DNA of 64,000 nt from contig JAJPJR010000022.1 in NCBI GenBank assembly GCA_021324165.1, positions 11,168 through 75,167 on the forward strand, written 5' to 3'. Within the stretch, counting starts at the first letter, position 1. Every line of letters begins with the position of its first letter. The translations under genes were made by a program, and so were the position numbers. Below, in pieces: positions 46,382 to 54,991 of this stretch. Origin of the DNA: Armatimonadota bacterium. GTDB lineage: Bacteria; Armatimonadota; Fimbriimonadia; Fimbriimonadales; ATM1. Below the pieces are notes generated by a model. It worked only from the letters and a program-made list of their open reading frames with translations. It was not told where the DNA came from and did no database searches.

Positions 46382-47526
46382 GCGTAAGACCGTACGAGCC
46401 CTCTGATCGAGAGACCTTGAGCCGAATTTGGAGTGCGGCTTTTGCAGGCGGACGGCGCCCGAAAAACGATGAACCCGAAATCCGCCCCGATTCGCCGATT
46501 TTCGTGTGTGAAAGGGAGGGCAGACTGGTCGGCGGGTTCCGCATTCATGAAATCCAGCATACGTTTCGGGGCGGCAGCGTCTTATCAGGCGGCGTCGCCG
46601 CCGTGGCCGTTTCACCCGATCGCAGGCAGCAGGGCGTGGGGCGCGAGATGATGCTCTGGGCAATTGATTATCTTCGGAATCGTAGAGTTCCGTTTGCGTC
46701 TTTGCATGCTTTCAGCGAAAACTACTACCGCCAGTTCGGCTATGAGTGCTGCGGACAAAAAATCGAAATCCGATGCGACAGGTCGGCTTTGAATGCCGAA
46801 AGGATTGCGGTTGACAGCGTGCAGTTATCCGCTTCAGATTTTCCGCTGCTCGAGCCGTGCTATTCGCAATTTGCCGATCGCTACAACGGAATGATTCGGC
46901 GCACCGAATGGTGGTGGAAGCGCGCTTTGAATTCCGACGCGCAAGACCGCCAGATTTTCGCTTTCGGCGATCCGGTAGAGGCTTACGCAGTCGTGAAATT
47001 CACCTCTGACTTTTATGTGGATCAAAAAATCGAAGAGTGTGTGTGGAGCACGCGGCGCGGCTACGATGCGCTGATGGCTCTTTTTGCTGGAATCGCCGTC
47101 AATCGAAGCCACATTTCGTGGTTCGAGCCCGCCGACGGACCGGCCATCCATTCGCGCCTGCAGCAAGGGTGTTCGTTCGCCGTAAAGCCCGCGATTATGT
47201 TTCGGTTAGTATCGCTTGCCGAGGCGCTGCAATCGCTGCCGGTTGAAAGAAACGGCGAATTCACCATGCAGATCGAAGACGCTTTGATCGAAGCCAACCG
47301 GGGCCCGTGGAGCATCCGGTGTTCCAGCGGTCAGCTCCAGTTGGAGCCTGCGCAAAAAGGCCAAATTCGCATTTCGGAGCGCAAACTTGTGCAGGCGCTG
47401 TTTGGTCAGCCGAGTTTCGAAAACCTTCTTCGTGCGGGCGACATCGAGGTCGAATCTCGCGCTGCCGCGCGCGAGGCCGCCCGGCTGTTTTCTGCGCAGC
47501 AGGCCTGCTGCATTGATTTCTTTTGA
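46378..47526 (+). CDS. GNAT family N-acetyltransferase with Eis-like C-terminal extension
   Basis: The ATG at 46378 overlaps the terC stop. It has GGVAAVAVSPDRRQQGVGREMMLWAI (acetyl-CoA site) followed by about 240 aa of Eis/SCP2-like tail. Confidence 0.7.
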   Translation: MSVRPYEPSDRETLSRIWSAAFAGGRRPKNDEPEIRPDSPIFVCEREGRLVGGFRIHEIQHTFRGGSVLSGGVAAVAVSPDRRQQGVGREMMLWAIDYLRNRRVPFASLHAFSENYYRQFGYECCGQKIEIRCDRSALNAERIAVDSVQLSASDFPLLEPCYSQFADRYNGMIRRTEWWWKRALNSDAQDRQIFAFGDPVEAYAVVKFTSDFYVDQKIEECVWSTRRGYDALMALFAGIAVNRSHISWFEPADGPAIHSRLQQGCSFAVKPAIMFRLVSLAEALQSLPVERNGEFTMQIEDALIEANRGPWSIRCSSGQLQLEPAQKGQIRISERKLVQALFGQPSFENLLRAGDIEVESRAAAREAARLFSAQQACCIDFF

Positions 47527-48224
47527 CCATGACCCGGCAAACGGCTATCGTTCTTTTAAGCGGCGGATTGGATTCGGCCACGTGCCTTGCGATCGCGCAC
47601 AATCAGAACTACGCGATCCACACGCTTACGTTTGATTACGGCCAAAGGCACGGCGTCGAGCTGCAATCGGCCCATGCGTTAGCCGACCATTTTCAAGTTG
47701 TTTCGCACACAGTGTTTCCGTTGGCGCTGCGCATCATCGGGGGTTCTGCGCTCACATCAAGCCAAAAAGTGCCAAAGCAGCGCGATCTGAGTTCCAACGA
47801 AATACCGATCACATATGTTCCTGCTCGCAACACCGTTTTCCTTTCCATCGCTTTGGCGCTTGCCGAGGTTAAACAGTGCAACGACGTTTTCATCGGAGTG
47901 AACGCAATTGATTACAGCGGATATCCCGACTGCAGGCCGGAGTTCATTCATGCCTTCGAAAACCTTGCAGCGATTGCAACCAGAGCGGGCGTCAGCTCTT
48001 CCCGAAAACTAAACATTCACACACCGCTGATCGCGTTTTCGAAAGCAGAGATCGTCGCCGAAGCAGCTCGGCTGAACGTTCCGTTTGCACTAACCTGGAG
48101 CTGTTACGATCCGCAAGAGGGAGCGATTCCTTGCGGAGAATGCGACGCATGCCGGCTGCGGGCAGAAGGGTTCGCCAAAGCGGGCTTTGCCGATCCGATC
48201 GCCGCCAAACCCCGCCATGCCTAA
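47523..48224 (+). CDS. queC: 7-cyano-7-deazaguanine synthase
   Basis: It has AIVLLSGGLDSATC, then YVPARNTVFL, then the zinc cluster CGECDACRLR. Confidence 0.9.
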   Translation: MTMTRQTAIVLLSGGLDSATCLAIAHNQNYAIHTLTFDYGQRHGVELQSAHALADHFQVVSHTVFPLALRIIGGSALTSSQKVPKQRDLSSNEIPITYVPARNTVFLSIALALAEVKQCNDVFIGVNAIDYSGYPDCRPEFIHAFENLAAIATRAGVSSSRKLNIHTPLIAFSKAEIVAEAARLNVPFALTWSCYDPQEGAIPCGECDACRLRAEGFAKAGFADPIAAKPRHA

Positions 48225-48852
48225 AATCTATTCCGTCAAAGAGATCTACTTCACGTTGCAAGGCGAAGGCGCAAACGCTGGGCGCGCGGCAGTGTTTCTT
48301 CGGTTCAGCGGGTGCAATTTGTGGTCGGGGCGCGAACAAGATCGCGCGCAAGCGGTCTGCACATTTTGCGACACCGACTTTGCGGGAACCGATGGAGAAG
48401 GCGGTGGAAAATACGATGCGGAACACCTCGCCCGCGCCGTCGAATCCGTTTGGCAGGGCGGCAGCGAGCGCCGTTTTGTGGTTTGCACAGGTGGCGAACC
48501 GCTGCTGCAACTCGATCAACCTCTCATCAAACTTCTTCACGCTTGCAATTTCGAAATCGCCGTGGAAACCAACGGCACGATTGCGGCTCCCGAAGGGATT
48601 GATTGGCTTACGGTCAGCCCCAAAGCGGGCGCGCCGCTCAAGCAGTCAGCGGGCAGCGAACTCAAACTCGTTTATCCGCAGGAAGGCGCCGAGCCCCACC
48701 TGTTTGAAAACCTGCGTTTTGATCATTTCTTCATTCAGCCGATGGACGGCCAGAACCTGCAACGCAACACCCAAATGGCAATCGAGTTTTGCAAACAAAA
48801 CCCAAAGTGGAGGCTGAGTTTGCAAACGCACAAACTGCTGGGAATCCCCTAA
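48217..48852 (+). CDS. queE: 7-carboxy-7-deazaguanine synthase (radical SAM)
   Basis: It has EIYFTLQGEGANAGRAAVFLRFSGCNLWSG...CTFCDT and TGGEPLLQ. The ATG at 48217 overlaps the queC 3' end. Confidence 0.85.
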   Translation: MPKIYSVKEIYFTLQGEGANAGRAAVFLRFSGCNLWSGREQDRAQAVCTFCDTDFAGTDGEGGGKYDAEHLARAVESVWQGGSERRFVVCTGGEPLLQLDQPLIKLLHACNFEIAVETNGTIAAPEGIDWLTVSPKAGAPLKQSAGSELKLVYPQEGAEPHLFENLRFDHFFIQPMDGQNLQRNTQMAIEFCKQNPKWRLSLQTHKLLGIP

Positions 48853-48856
48853 AACG

Positions 48857-50368
48857 TCAACGAATGCCCAAACAGACCGTCGCGCCGCCGCGGACTCCCA
48901 CATAAATCCTGCCTTCAAACACAATCGGCGATCCTTCCACGTTCGCACCCAAACTGAAATACTCTCTTCCCGAAATGAGGTTGCTGCCGTTTCGAGCATC
49001 CAAAATATAAAGCGATCCGGCGGCGTCGCACGCGACCAAAACCCCGTCGGAAACGATCGGCGAACTCCAAGAATAACTCCGAAGGCGCTTGGTCCACACC
49101 GGTTTTCCGGTCTGCCGGTTAAGCGCCACAAGCCGGCCCATGCCGATCGTCGGGTCGTGCGAAGTCGTGTAAAACACCAGGTTGCCTTCGGGCCAAATCG
49201 CGGCGCTTGAAAGAATGCCGCCATTAATCGGGTTGGCTCCGCCGCCGCCGTACATTGAACCCGCGCGAAAACTCCATGTCCACAACACCTTGGCGCTTTT
49301 GGCGTCAATCTTATAAACCGTGCCGCTGCCGTTCTTTCGCTTATCCACCTCGATTCCCACATAAAACGTTCCGTCTTTGTCGAAACTGATCGTCGAATCG
49401 GTGTCATCGCCCAAGTCGAAAAGTTTTTTAAACTCATCGGGATGATCCAGATCAATTCGGAACAACTGTCCTCCATTGTCTGCGCAGTAACCGTATCTGC
49501 CCCAAACCGCCATCGAGTTTTCCACCCCTTCTTTTGTCAGTCGAATCTTTCGGAGTTCGGGCCTGATGCTGATCTTTCCAAACTTTGCATCCCACACAGT
49601 GTTCAGTTTTGCGCAGCAAAAATATCCGTTTTCTGCTGGCGCAAACAAGGTGTCTTTCAGCACCAAACTGTTCGAATCCCAGCCGCCCCAATCGCGCGGT
49701 GCCGATGGATCGGCGCTGTCAATCCAAAAAAGCTCCTTAAAATCAATCAACGAATAGATGTGAAAACCGCCGTGCGGCTTTTTCAAACCCGTTCCTACAA
49801 ACAGAAGCGGATACCCGCGCGGATCAACCGAAACCGTTCCTTTGATCGGATTGAATGCCGGCATCGGCAATGACCTGCGCGATGGCAGACCCGTGTCGGC
49901 ATCGAAAAAATGCACCCTTCCATCCAAAGCGCCCTGAATCACCTCGAGGCGCGGCCCGCCGGGCTTTGAAAAGTTCATAAACGGCCTGACTTCTGCCGGC
50001 CAATCCACAATCAGCGGCTGGCCCGTCCACCCAACCCCGTTCCAATGCCCGTCCGGGTTCGATCCGATAGGCGCCCGCCACAAGACCTTTACCGGCCCGG
50101 TGGGAATTGGCCCTGTGCCGTAAAAGTTCCGCTGAGGGTTGCCCCTGAAGCAGACCACGCCCTTGAAATCCACGTTCAGCGGCTCTCCCCAGGCCGCAGG
50201 CGGGAACCAGTCGGGCCCCGAACGGTCGGCCCTTTGCAAACCCGCCTTGTTTTCTGCGCGGCTCCCGGAGGGCGGCACGCCCCTGACCGAAACCTGTTCA
50301 TGCCGGCAAGCCGCGGCTCCAAGGACACAGGCAAGCGCCATCGGCCAGATCCGGTTCATGCTGCGCAT
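48857..50368 (-). CDS. PQQ-like beta-propeller repeat protein, probable lipoprotein
   Basis: The start is taken at MRSMNRIWPMALACVLGAAAC (50368), a signal peptide plus Cys. The upstream part of the track ORF is antisense to the MalK-like gene. Repeated W/G-rich blades such as PVWTKRL, VLWTWSF and GRIYVG are present. Confidence 0.7.
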   Translation of the reverse strand: MRSMNRIWPMALACVLGAAACRHEQVSVRGVPPSGSRAENKAGLQRADRSGPDWFPPAAWGEPLNVDFKGVVCFRGNPQRNFYGTGPIPTGPVKVLWRAPIGSNPDGHWNGVGWTGQPLIVDWPAEVRPFMNFSKPGGPRLEVIQGALDGRVHFFDADTGLPSRRSLPMPAFNPIKGTVSVDPRGYPLLFVGTGLKKPHGGFHIYSLIDFKELFWIDSADPSAPRDWGGWDSNSLVLKDTLFAPAENGYFCCAKLNTVWDAKFGKISIRPELRKIRLTKEGVENSMAVWGRYGYCADNGGQLFRIDLDHPDEFKKLFDLGDDTDSTISFDKDGTFYVGIEVDKRKNGSGTVYKIDAKSAKVLWTWSFRAGSMYGGGGANPINGGILSSAAIWPEGNLVFYTTSHDPTIGMGRLVALNRQTGKPVWTKRLRSYSWSSPIVSDGVLVACDAAGSLYILDARNGSNLISGREYFSLGANVEGSPIVFEGRIYVGVRGGATVCLGIR

Positions 50369-50408
50369 TTTGCCGGAAGTCAGGGTGTGAAGGTACATTC
50401 GCCCCGTC

Positions 50409-51497
50409 ATGGCTTCTGTATCCCTTTCCGGCGTTTCCAAACGGTTTGGGAAAGTGCTCGCCGTTGATAACCTCACTCTCGATATCGAGGATGGCGGATT
50501 CGTGGTGCTGGTCGGCCCGAGCGGCTGCGGCAAAACCACCGCGCTTCGGATGATCGCCGGTCTTGAAGAGCTCAACTCGGGCGAAATCAGAATCGGCGAT
50601 CGGAAAGTGAATCATGTGGCCCCGTCGCAGCGCGACATCGCAATGGTGTTTCAAAGTTATGCGCTGTATCCGCACATGACCGTGTACGAAAACATGGCGT
50701 TCAATCTGCGCATCCGCCTGCTCAAATCGTGGCTGTGGCAGTTGTTCAACGCAAAAGAAGCCGCCAAGCGAAAACAGGACATTGACCGCCGCGTCAAAGA
50801 GACCGCATCGCTGTTGGGGCTCGAAGATCTTCTTCAAAGAAAACCCGCGGAACTCAGCGGCGGGCAAAGGCAGCGCGTTGCTTTGGGAAGAGCGATCGTT
50901 CGCGAACCGAAAGTGTTTCTGATGGATGAACCGCTCAGCAACCTCGATGCAAAACTTCGAGTGCAAACCCGCGCCGAACTCATCCGATTGCATCGCAAAC
51001 TCGGTGTCACCACCATCTATGTTACGCACGATCAAGTGGAAGCGATGACGATGGGTCAAAAAATCGCCGTTATGCGAGATGGAGTTCTGCAACAGTACGC
51101 CACACCGCAAGAACTGTACGCCAAACCCAAAAACGCGTTCGTGGGTTCGTTCATCGGCATGCCTCCGATGAACCAGATCGAGCTGCGAGTTGAAAACGGC
51201 TTCGCCGTGATGGGGGAAGCACGGTTTCCCGTCCCCGATGGCCGGGAACGAATTCTGCTGGGCATCCGCCCCGAAGCGTTTCGGCTTGAAGCAAACGGAA
51301 TCGAGATGAATCCCGTCGTTGACGTGCTCGAGCCGCTCGGAGCGCAAACCACCGCGTATCTGCAGCTTGGCGGCCACACGTTGGTTGCAACCCTTCCCGC
51401 CGACGCGCCCGCAAAAGAAGGTGCGAACATCCGTTTATTCGTCCGCCCAGCCGATCTGTATTACTTCGATTCACACACAAAAGAGGCCGTCAGTTAG
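50409..51497 (+). CDS. ABC transporter ATP-binding protein, MalK/UgpC (sugar importer) type
   Basis: It has GPSGCGKTTALRMIAGLEE, then VFQSYALYPHMTVYENMAF, then LSGGQRQRVALGRAIV, then FLMDEPLSNLDAKLR, plus a C-terminal regulatory (TOBE-like) domain. Confidence 0.9.
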   Translation: MASVSLSGVSKRFGKVLAVDNLTLDIEDGGFVVLVGPSGCGKTTALRMIAGLEELNSGEIRIGDRKVNHVAPSQRDIAMVFQSYALYPHMTVYENMAFNLRIRLLKSWLWQLFNAKEAAKRKQDIDRRVKETASLLGLEDLLQRKPAELSGGQRQRVALGRAIVREPKVFLMDEPLSNLDAKLRVQTRAELIRLHRKLGVTTIYVTHDQVEAMTMGQKIAVMRDGVLQQYATPQELYAKPKNAFVGSFIGMPPMNQIELRVENGFAVMGEARFPVPDGRERILLGIRPEAFRLEANGIEMNPVVDVLEPLGAQTTAYLQLGGHTLVATLPADAPAKEGANIRLFVRPADLYYFDSHTKEAVS

Positions 51498-52400
51498 ATG
51501 CGGTTGTGGCCGTTTTCAGGCAAACAAAAATCTCCCGAACTCGTCATCAACAAAAACTTCTTTATGGCGGTGTTCACCACCGAAACCACTCTGCCCACGA
51601 TTTTGCAGGTCATCAATCCCGACGGAACCAACGGAGCCGTTCAAGGTTTCGGAGCGCCGCTGATGGAAAACGCCTCGCGCGATCTGCTTAACACGCCCAT
51701 CTCAAGCGGAGATTATGCGCTCGCGACCAAAGATCGCACGACCGTCATTCGCTTAGTGGTTCGCGCAAAAGGCGAAGATCCAACGCCAGACACCGCCGCA
51801 CTCACGCAAGCCGAAGCCGAATATTACGGACTCGACACCGAGTCGTTTCAATATCTCAAGCGGTGCGAACGGTTCATGGTGCTTCATTTTGCTGGATATT
51901 CGCCGAAAGTGTTTGACTCCATAAGATTTCTCTTCGATCTTATAAGCAGGCTTGCGCTGCTCACCCAAGGTCTCATTTATGATCCGCTGGCCGAATGTTA
52001 TCGCAAGCCTTCCGAACTTGATCGAAACTCCAACGTTCAGGAATCGGTGGATGCACTGAACCTTTGCAAAATCAAAACGGTTCGCGGCGCCCAGGGCATC
52101 TGGTGTTCCACCCGCGGCCTTTCAAAGCTCAACCTCCCCGAATTTGAGATGTACGATGTGCCTCAAGAGCTGACGGATGTGGCCGCCTTGATGCTGATTC
52201 TGGCTGCCGAAACCGTGCTCATGGGCACCAAAATGAAGCCCGGCGAAACCGCCTTCGCCCCCGATTCGCCCCTTCGCATCGTTGCAGGCACAAAAAACCG
52301 CGACGATTGGGGTGATCGTCCAACCCTCGAGTTCCGCGGCTCCAACGGCAGCATTGCCGACGGAATTCTGGCATGGCAGCGATCCCAGGAACCCGCCTGA
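51498..52400 (+). CDS. Hypothetical protein (300 aa), possibly DUF4261-like in its C-terminal half
   Basis: The ATG directly abuts the TAG stop of the ATPase gene. The segment GIWCSTRGLSKLNLPEFEMYDVP resembles a DUF4261-type motif only loosely, from memory. Confidence 0.55.
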   Translation: MRLWPFSGKQKSPELVINKNFFMAVFTTETTLPTILQVINPDGTNGAVQGFGAPLMENASRDLLNTPISSGDYALATKDRTTVIRLVVRAKGEDPTPDTAALTQAEAEYYGLDTESFQYLKRCERFMVLHFAGYSPKVFDSIRFLFDLISRLALLTQGLIYDPLAECYRKPSELDRNSNVQESVDALNLCKIKTVRGAQGIWCSTRGLSKLNLPEFEMYDVPQELTDVAALMLILAAETVLMGTKMKPGETAFAPDSPLRIVAGTKNRDDWGDRPTLEFRGSNGSIADGILAWQRSQEPA

Positions 52401-52442
52401 CCGCCGAAAGCGTTGCATTCTTGCAAGTACACTCTATCAAAC

Positions 52443-53234
52443 ATGCACCCTGTCTTGTTCAAAGTTTTCGGATTTCCTATTCACAGTTGGAGCGTGATGC
52501 TCATTCTGGGGTTTCTTGTGGCGTGGTGGCTGGCGGTCAAGCGCTGCACCCGATATGGCATCACCGCCGATCAACTGAGTTCGCTCGGAATCACCATGCT
52601 TCTTTCTGGCATCGTGGGAGCGCGAGTTTTCTGGGTTGCGCAGGAGTGGAAAAGTTATTCGGGCAACTGGCTGGAAATGCTGAACGTTACGCAAGGTGGA
52701 ATGACCAGTTTCGGCGGTCTGTTTTTTGGAATCGCTGCGCTGATCATCTGGTGCAAAATGGCGCGCATCCCATCGCTTGCGGCCCTCGATCTGATTGCGG
52801 CTCCTGCGCTTGTGGCTATCGCAATCGGGCGCGTCGGCTGCTTTTTGAACGGGTGTTGTTATGGGGGTCCGTGCGATCTTCCGTGGGCGGTTACCGTGCA
52901 CGATGAATCCGGCCGCACGTATTTGGGCCATCCCGCCCAGCTTTACGATTCGGCGATGAACCTTGCGGCCGCTCTTGCGCTGTTTTGGTACGAATCGCGC
53001 GCCCGATCTGCCTCGACTTATCGCACCGGCACCCTGTTCGGTTTCGGGCTCATCGCCTATGGAGCGGCGCGGTTCATTTACGAGTTCTTCCGCATCGGAT
53101 CCAGTTCCGAGCCGGTTCGGCCTGGATTCCCGCTCACCGATGCGCAGATTGTCGCTGCCTTGATGGCCGCGGTCGGCGCCATCGTCGTCTGGCGAGCTGC
53201 CCGAACTCCTGCCCTCGCACGCAAGCCGTCCTAA
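52443..53234 (+). CDS. lgt: Prolipoprotein diacylglyceryl transferase
   Basis: It has MHPVLFKVFGFPIHSWSVMLILGFLVAWW, then GGMTSFGGL, then GRVGCFLNGCCYG. Confidence 0.85.
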   Translation: MHPVLFKVFGFPIHSWSVMLILGFLVAWWLAVKRCTRYGITADQLSSLGITMLLSGIVGARVFWVAQEWKSYSGNWLEMLNVTQGGMTSFGGLFFGIAALIIWCKMARIPSLAALDLIAAPALVAIAIGRVGCFLNGCCYGGPCDLPWAVTVHDESGRTYLGHPAQLYDSAMNLAAALALFWYESRARSASTYRTGTLFGFGLIAYGAARFIYEFFRIGSSSEPVRPGFPLTDAQIVAALMAAVGAIVVWRAARTPALARKPS

Positions 53235-53347
53235 CGCCCGACGGAAGCCCCAGGAGCGGCCGGCGAAATCGCGTAGCAGCGAATCATCAAAGCCAAAACC
53301 AGCGCCGCCGCCGCGCACACGAAATACAAAACGGTTTTGCGCGTCAC
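53231..53347 (-). CDS. Possible 38-aa single-TM peptide (speculative)
   Basis: It is below the track cutoff. Its GTG overlaps the TGA of the upstream AmiC-like gene (GTGA). The peptide reads MTRKTVLYFVCAAAALVLALMIRCYAISPAAPGASVGR. It has no other support. Confidence 0.25.
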   Translation of the reverse strand: MTRKTVLYFVCAAAALVLALMIRCYAISPAAPGASVGR

Positions 53348-54873
53348 GTTCGATCTCCTTTGGCAAAAGCGATGATTCCTGCCGCAATCTTGCGTGCGAT
53401 CGCTTTGCGGTTGTCGAAATCCGAAATAATCTTTCGAGTCGAATCATCCTTCAGATTTCCAAAAGTAACGATCACCGCGGGCATCACCGACTGCCGCAGC
53501 AGATACGCATCCATGGTGCGGATTTCGCACCCATCGAGTTTCGAAGCGATGCATTCAGCCAGAGCGCGTCCAAGACTGCTGCTCGGATCGTATCGCACAA
53601 CAGCGTTCGAAAACTCGGTGCTCGCTCCGATCGAAATCAGCAGCGCGCCTTTTTTCACATTGGCAAAAACGGTGCGCTCTTTTTCCGTGAGCGATTCATC
53701 CTGCGTTCGCGTGAGAATCGGTTTTGCGCCCGCCCCCGAAAGCTCATCCGCCGTCAGTTTCGCAATCTCCAAATCAATTTCTGACTCTTTGTAATCGGCT
53801 CCGCCAATCGAAAACGTCTGACCCGCATCCGCGCCTCCTCTTCGGGGGTCAATCACAACGAACAAGTTTTTGATTCCCGATGCAGCCGTTTTTGGAGGCT
53901 TTGCCCGCACAACGATTTCGCCTGCTGCCGCGGCGACGCTCGGAATCATCAGCCTTGAAAAATCCATGCGCAGCCGCGCCCCGTCGCGAGTCCGAGTGAG
54001 CGAAAGCGATCTCACAAACTGCCCGTTCATCACCTGAATCTGGTTGGGAGCCAACAATCCGGCTTCAGAAAAGTCCACAACGTAGGCTCCCGATTCGTCG
54101 TGCCCAATCACCGGCGAACCCAACGTCTTTCCAAAATACGGAATCGCGATCACAATTTCCGATTCCGAATCTTTTTCCAGCCTCGGTGCTCCCAGCCTCA
54201 AAGGGAGCGATGCCGAAGCGGGGGGAAGTTCATCAGGGTTGTGCGGCGAACTAACGGCCATCGGTTCCAAATAAGCGGGCGGCGGTTTGTAAGGGTCAGC
54301 CGGCACCGATTTCGCCCTCGTCCAGCAGACGGCGACACCCGGCGCGTTATCCTCGATTCTTGCATCGGAAGCCAAAACGTCGGTTTGCACAACAACCCGA
54401 ACCGTATCGTTCGAAAACTGACTGAATCGCACTGATCCGTCTGTCGAAACCGAAGAATCAATCCTCGCGTTTTTCAAATCCACAACCACGCGCGGCGGAT
54501 CGCTTACAATCACGGTTTTGGCGTTCAGCGGAAGCGAACATCCCACAACAACGCGATCACGCTGAACCGAGATAGAGAGCACCTTCGAATACACCACCAA
54601 TCCGTCGGCAGTCCATTCGCTGATTCCGTTCAGAAGCGAAACGATCGCGCGGACAGGAAGCGACGGCACGCCGTCTACGGATCGAACAAAACTCTCGAAC
54701 TCTTTTTGAGCGGCTTTGATGGTTGCAGAATCTCCGCGGCGTTTCACATCCCATCCCAACCGCTTCGCGGCATCCAAATCCAACAGCGCTTCGTCGCCCA
54801 ACCGGCGGCACAAAATCGGTGGGTCGAACGGGCCGTTCGAATAAACAACGGGATACGTCGCAGCCTGGTTCAA
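53344..54873 (-). CDS. AmiC-like protein: two AMIN-like domains plus an Amidase_3 domain with degenerate active site
   Basis: The C-terminal domain aligns to the N-acetylmuramoyl-L-alanine amidase pattern. The conserved DxGHGG reads IDPRRGG, SIHAN reads SIGAS and VExGF reads VTFGN. AMIN-like beta segments lie at about residues 95-165 and 235-305. Confidence 0.75.
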   Translation of the reverse strand: MNQAATYPVVYSNGPFDPPILCRRLGDEALLDLDAAKRLGWDVKRRGDSATIKAAQKEFESFVRSVDGVPSLPVRAIVSLLNGISEWTADGLVVYSKVLSISVQRDRVVVGCSLPLNAKTVIVSDPPRVVVDLKNARIDSSVSTDGSVRFSQFSNDTVRVVVQTDVLASDARIEDNAPGVAVCWTRAKSVPADPYKPPPAYLEPMAVSSPHNPDELPPASASLPLRLGAPRLEKDSESEIVIAIPYFGKTLGSPVIGHDESGAYVVDFSEAGLLAPNQIQVMNGQFVRSLSLTRTRDGARLRMDFSRLMIPSVAAAAGEIVVRAKPPKTAASGIKNLFVVIDPRRGGADAGQTFSIGGADYKESEIDLEIAKLTADELSGAGAKPILTRTQDESLTEKERTVFANVKKGALLISIGASTEFSNAVVRYDPSSSLGRALAECIASKLDGCEIRTMDAYLLRQSVMPAVIVTFGNLKDDSTRKIISDFDNRKAIARKIAAGIIAFAKGDRT

Positions 54874-54991
54874 CGGCTGCGCAGCGATCCAAAGTGCCGG
54901 CGCAATCCAAACGCTAATAACGCCTCCTGCAAAGGTTTAGATTCGGGCAAGCGAAATCCGTTTCGCTCCCGCGCTCGAACAATTATAGACG

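Noticed and set aside
50298-51377. Other long antisense ORFs: 50298..51377(-), 15706..16797(-), 4035..5084(-), 37135..38169(-), 9118..10194(-), 31730..32656(-), 41318..42229(-), 23704..25095(+), 6009..7169(+), 42476..43423(+) and 19161..20132(+).
   Set aside because: Each lies opposite a gene with strong family motifs (MalK, YitJ, GT30, RNase G, RDD, GT4, GT9, dxs/waaA, ARC, purF, selA). Each has arginine-, histidine- and glycine-rich low-complexity composition.
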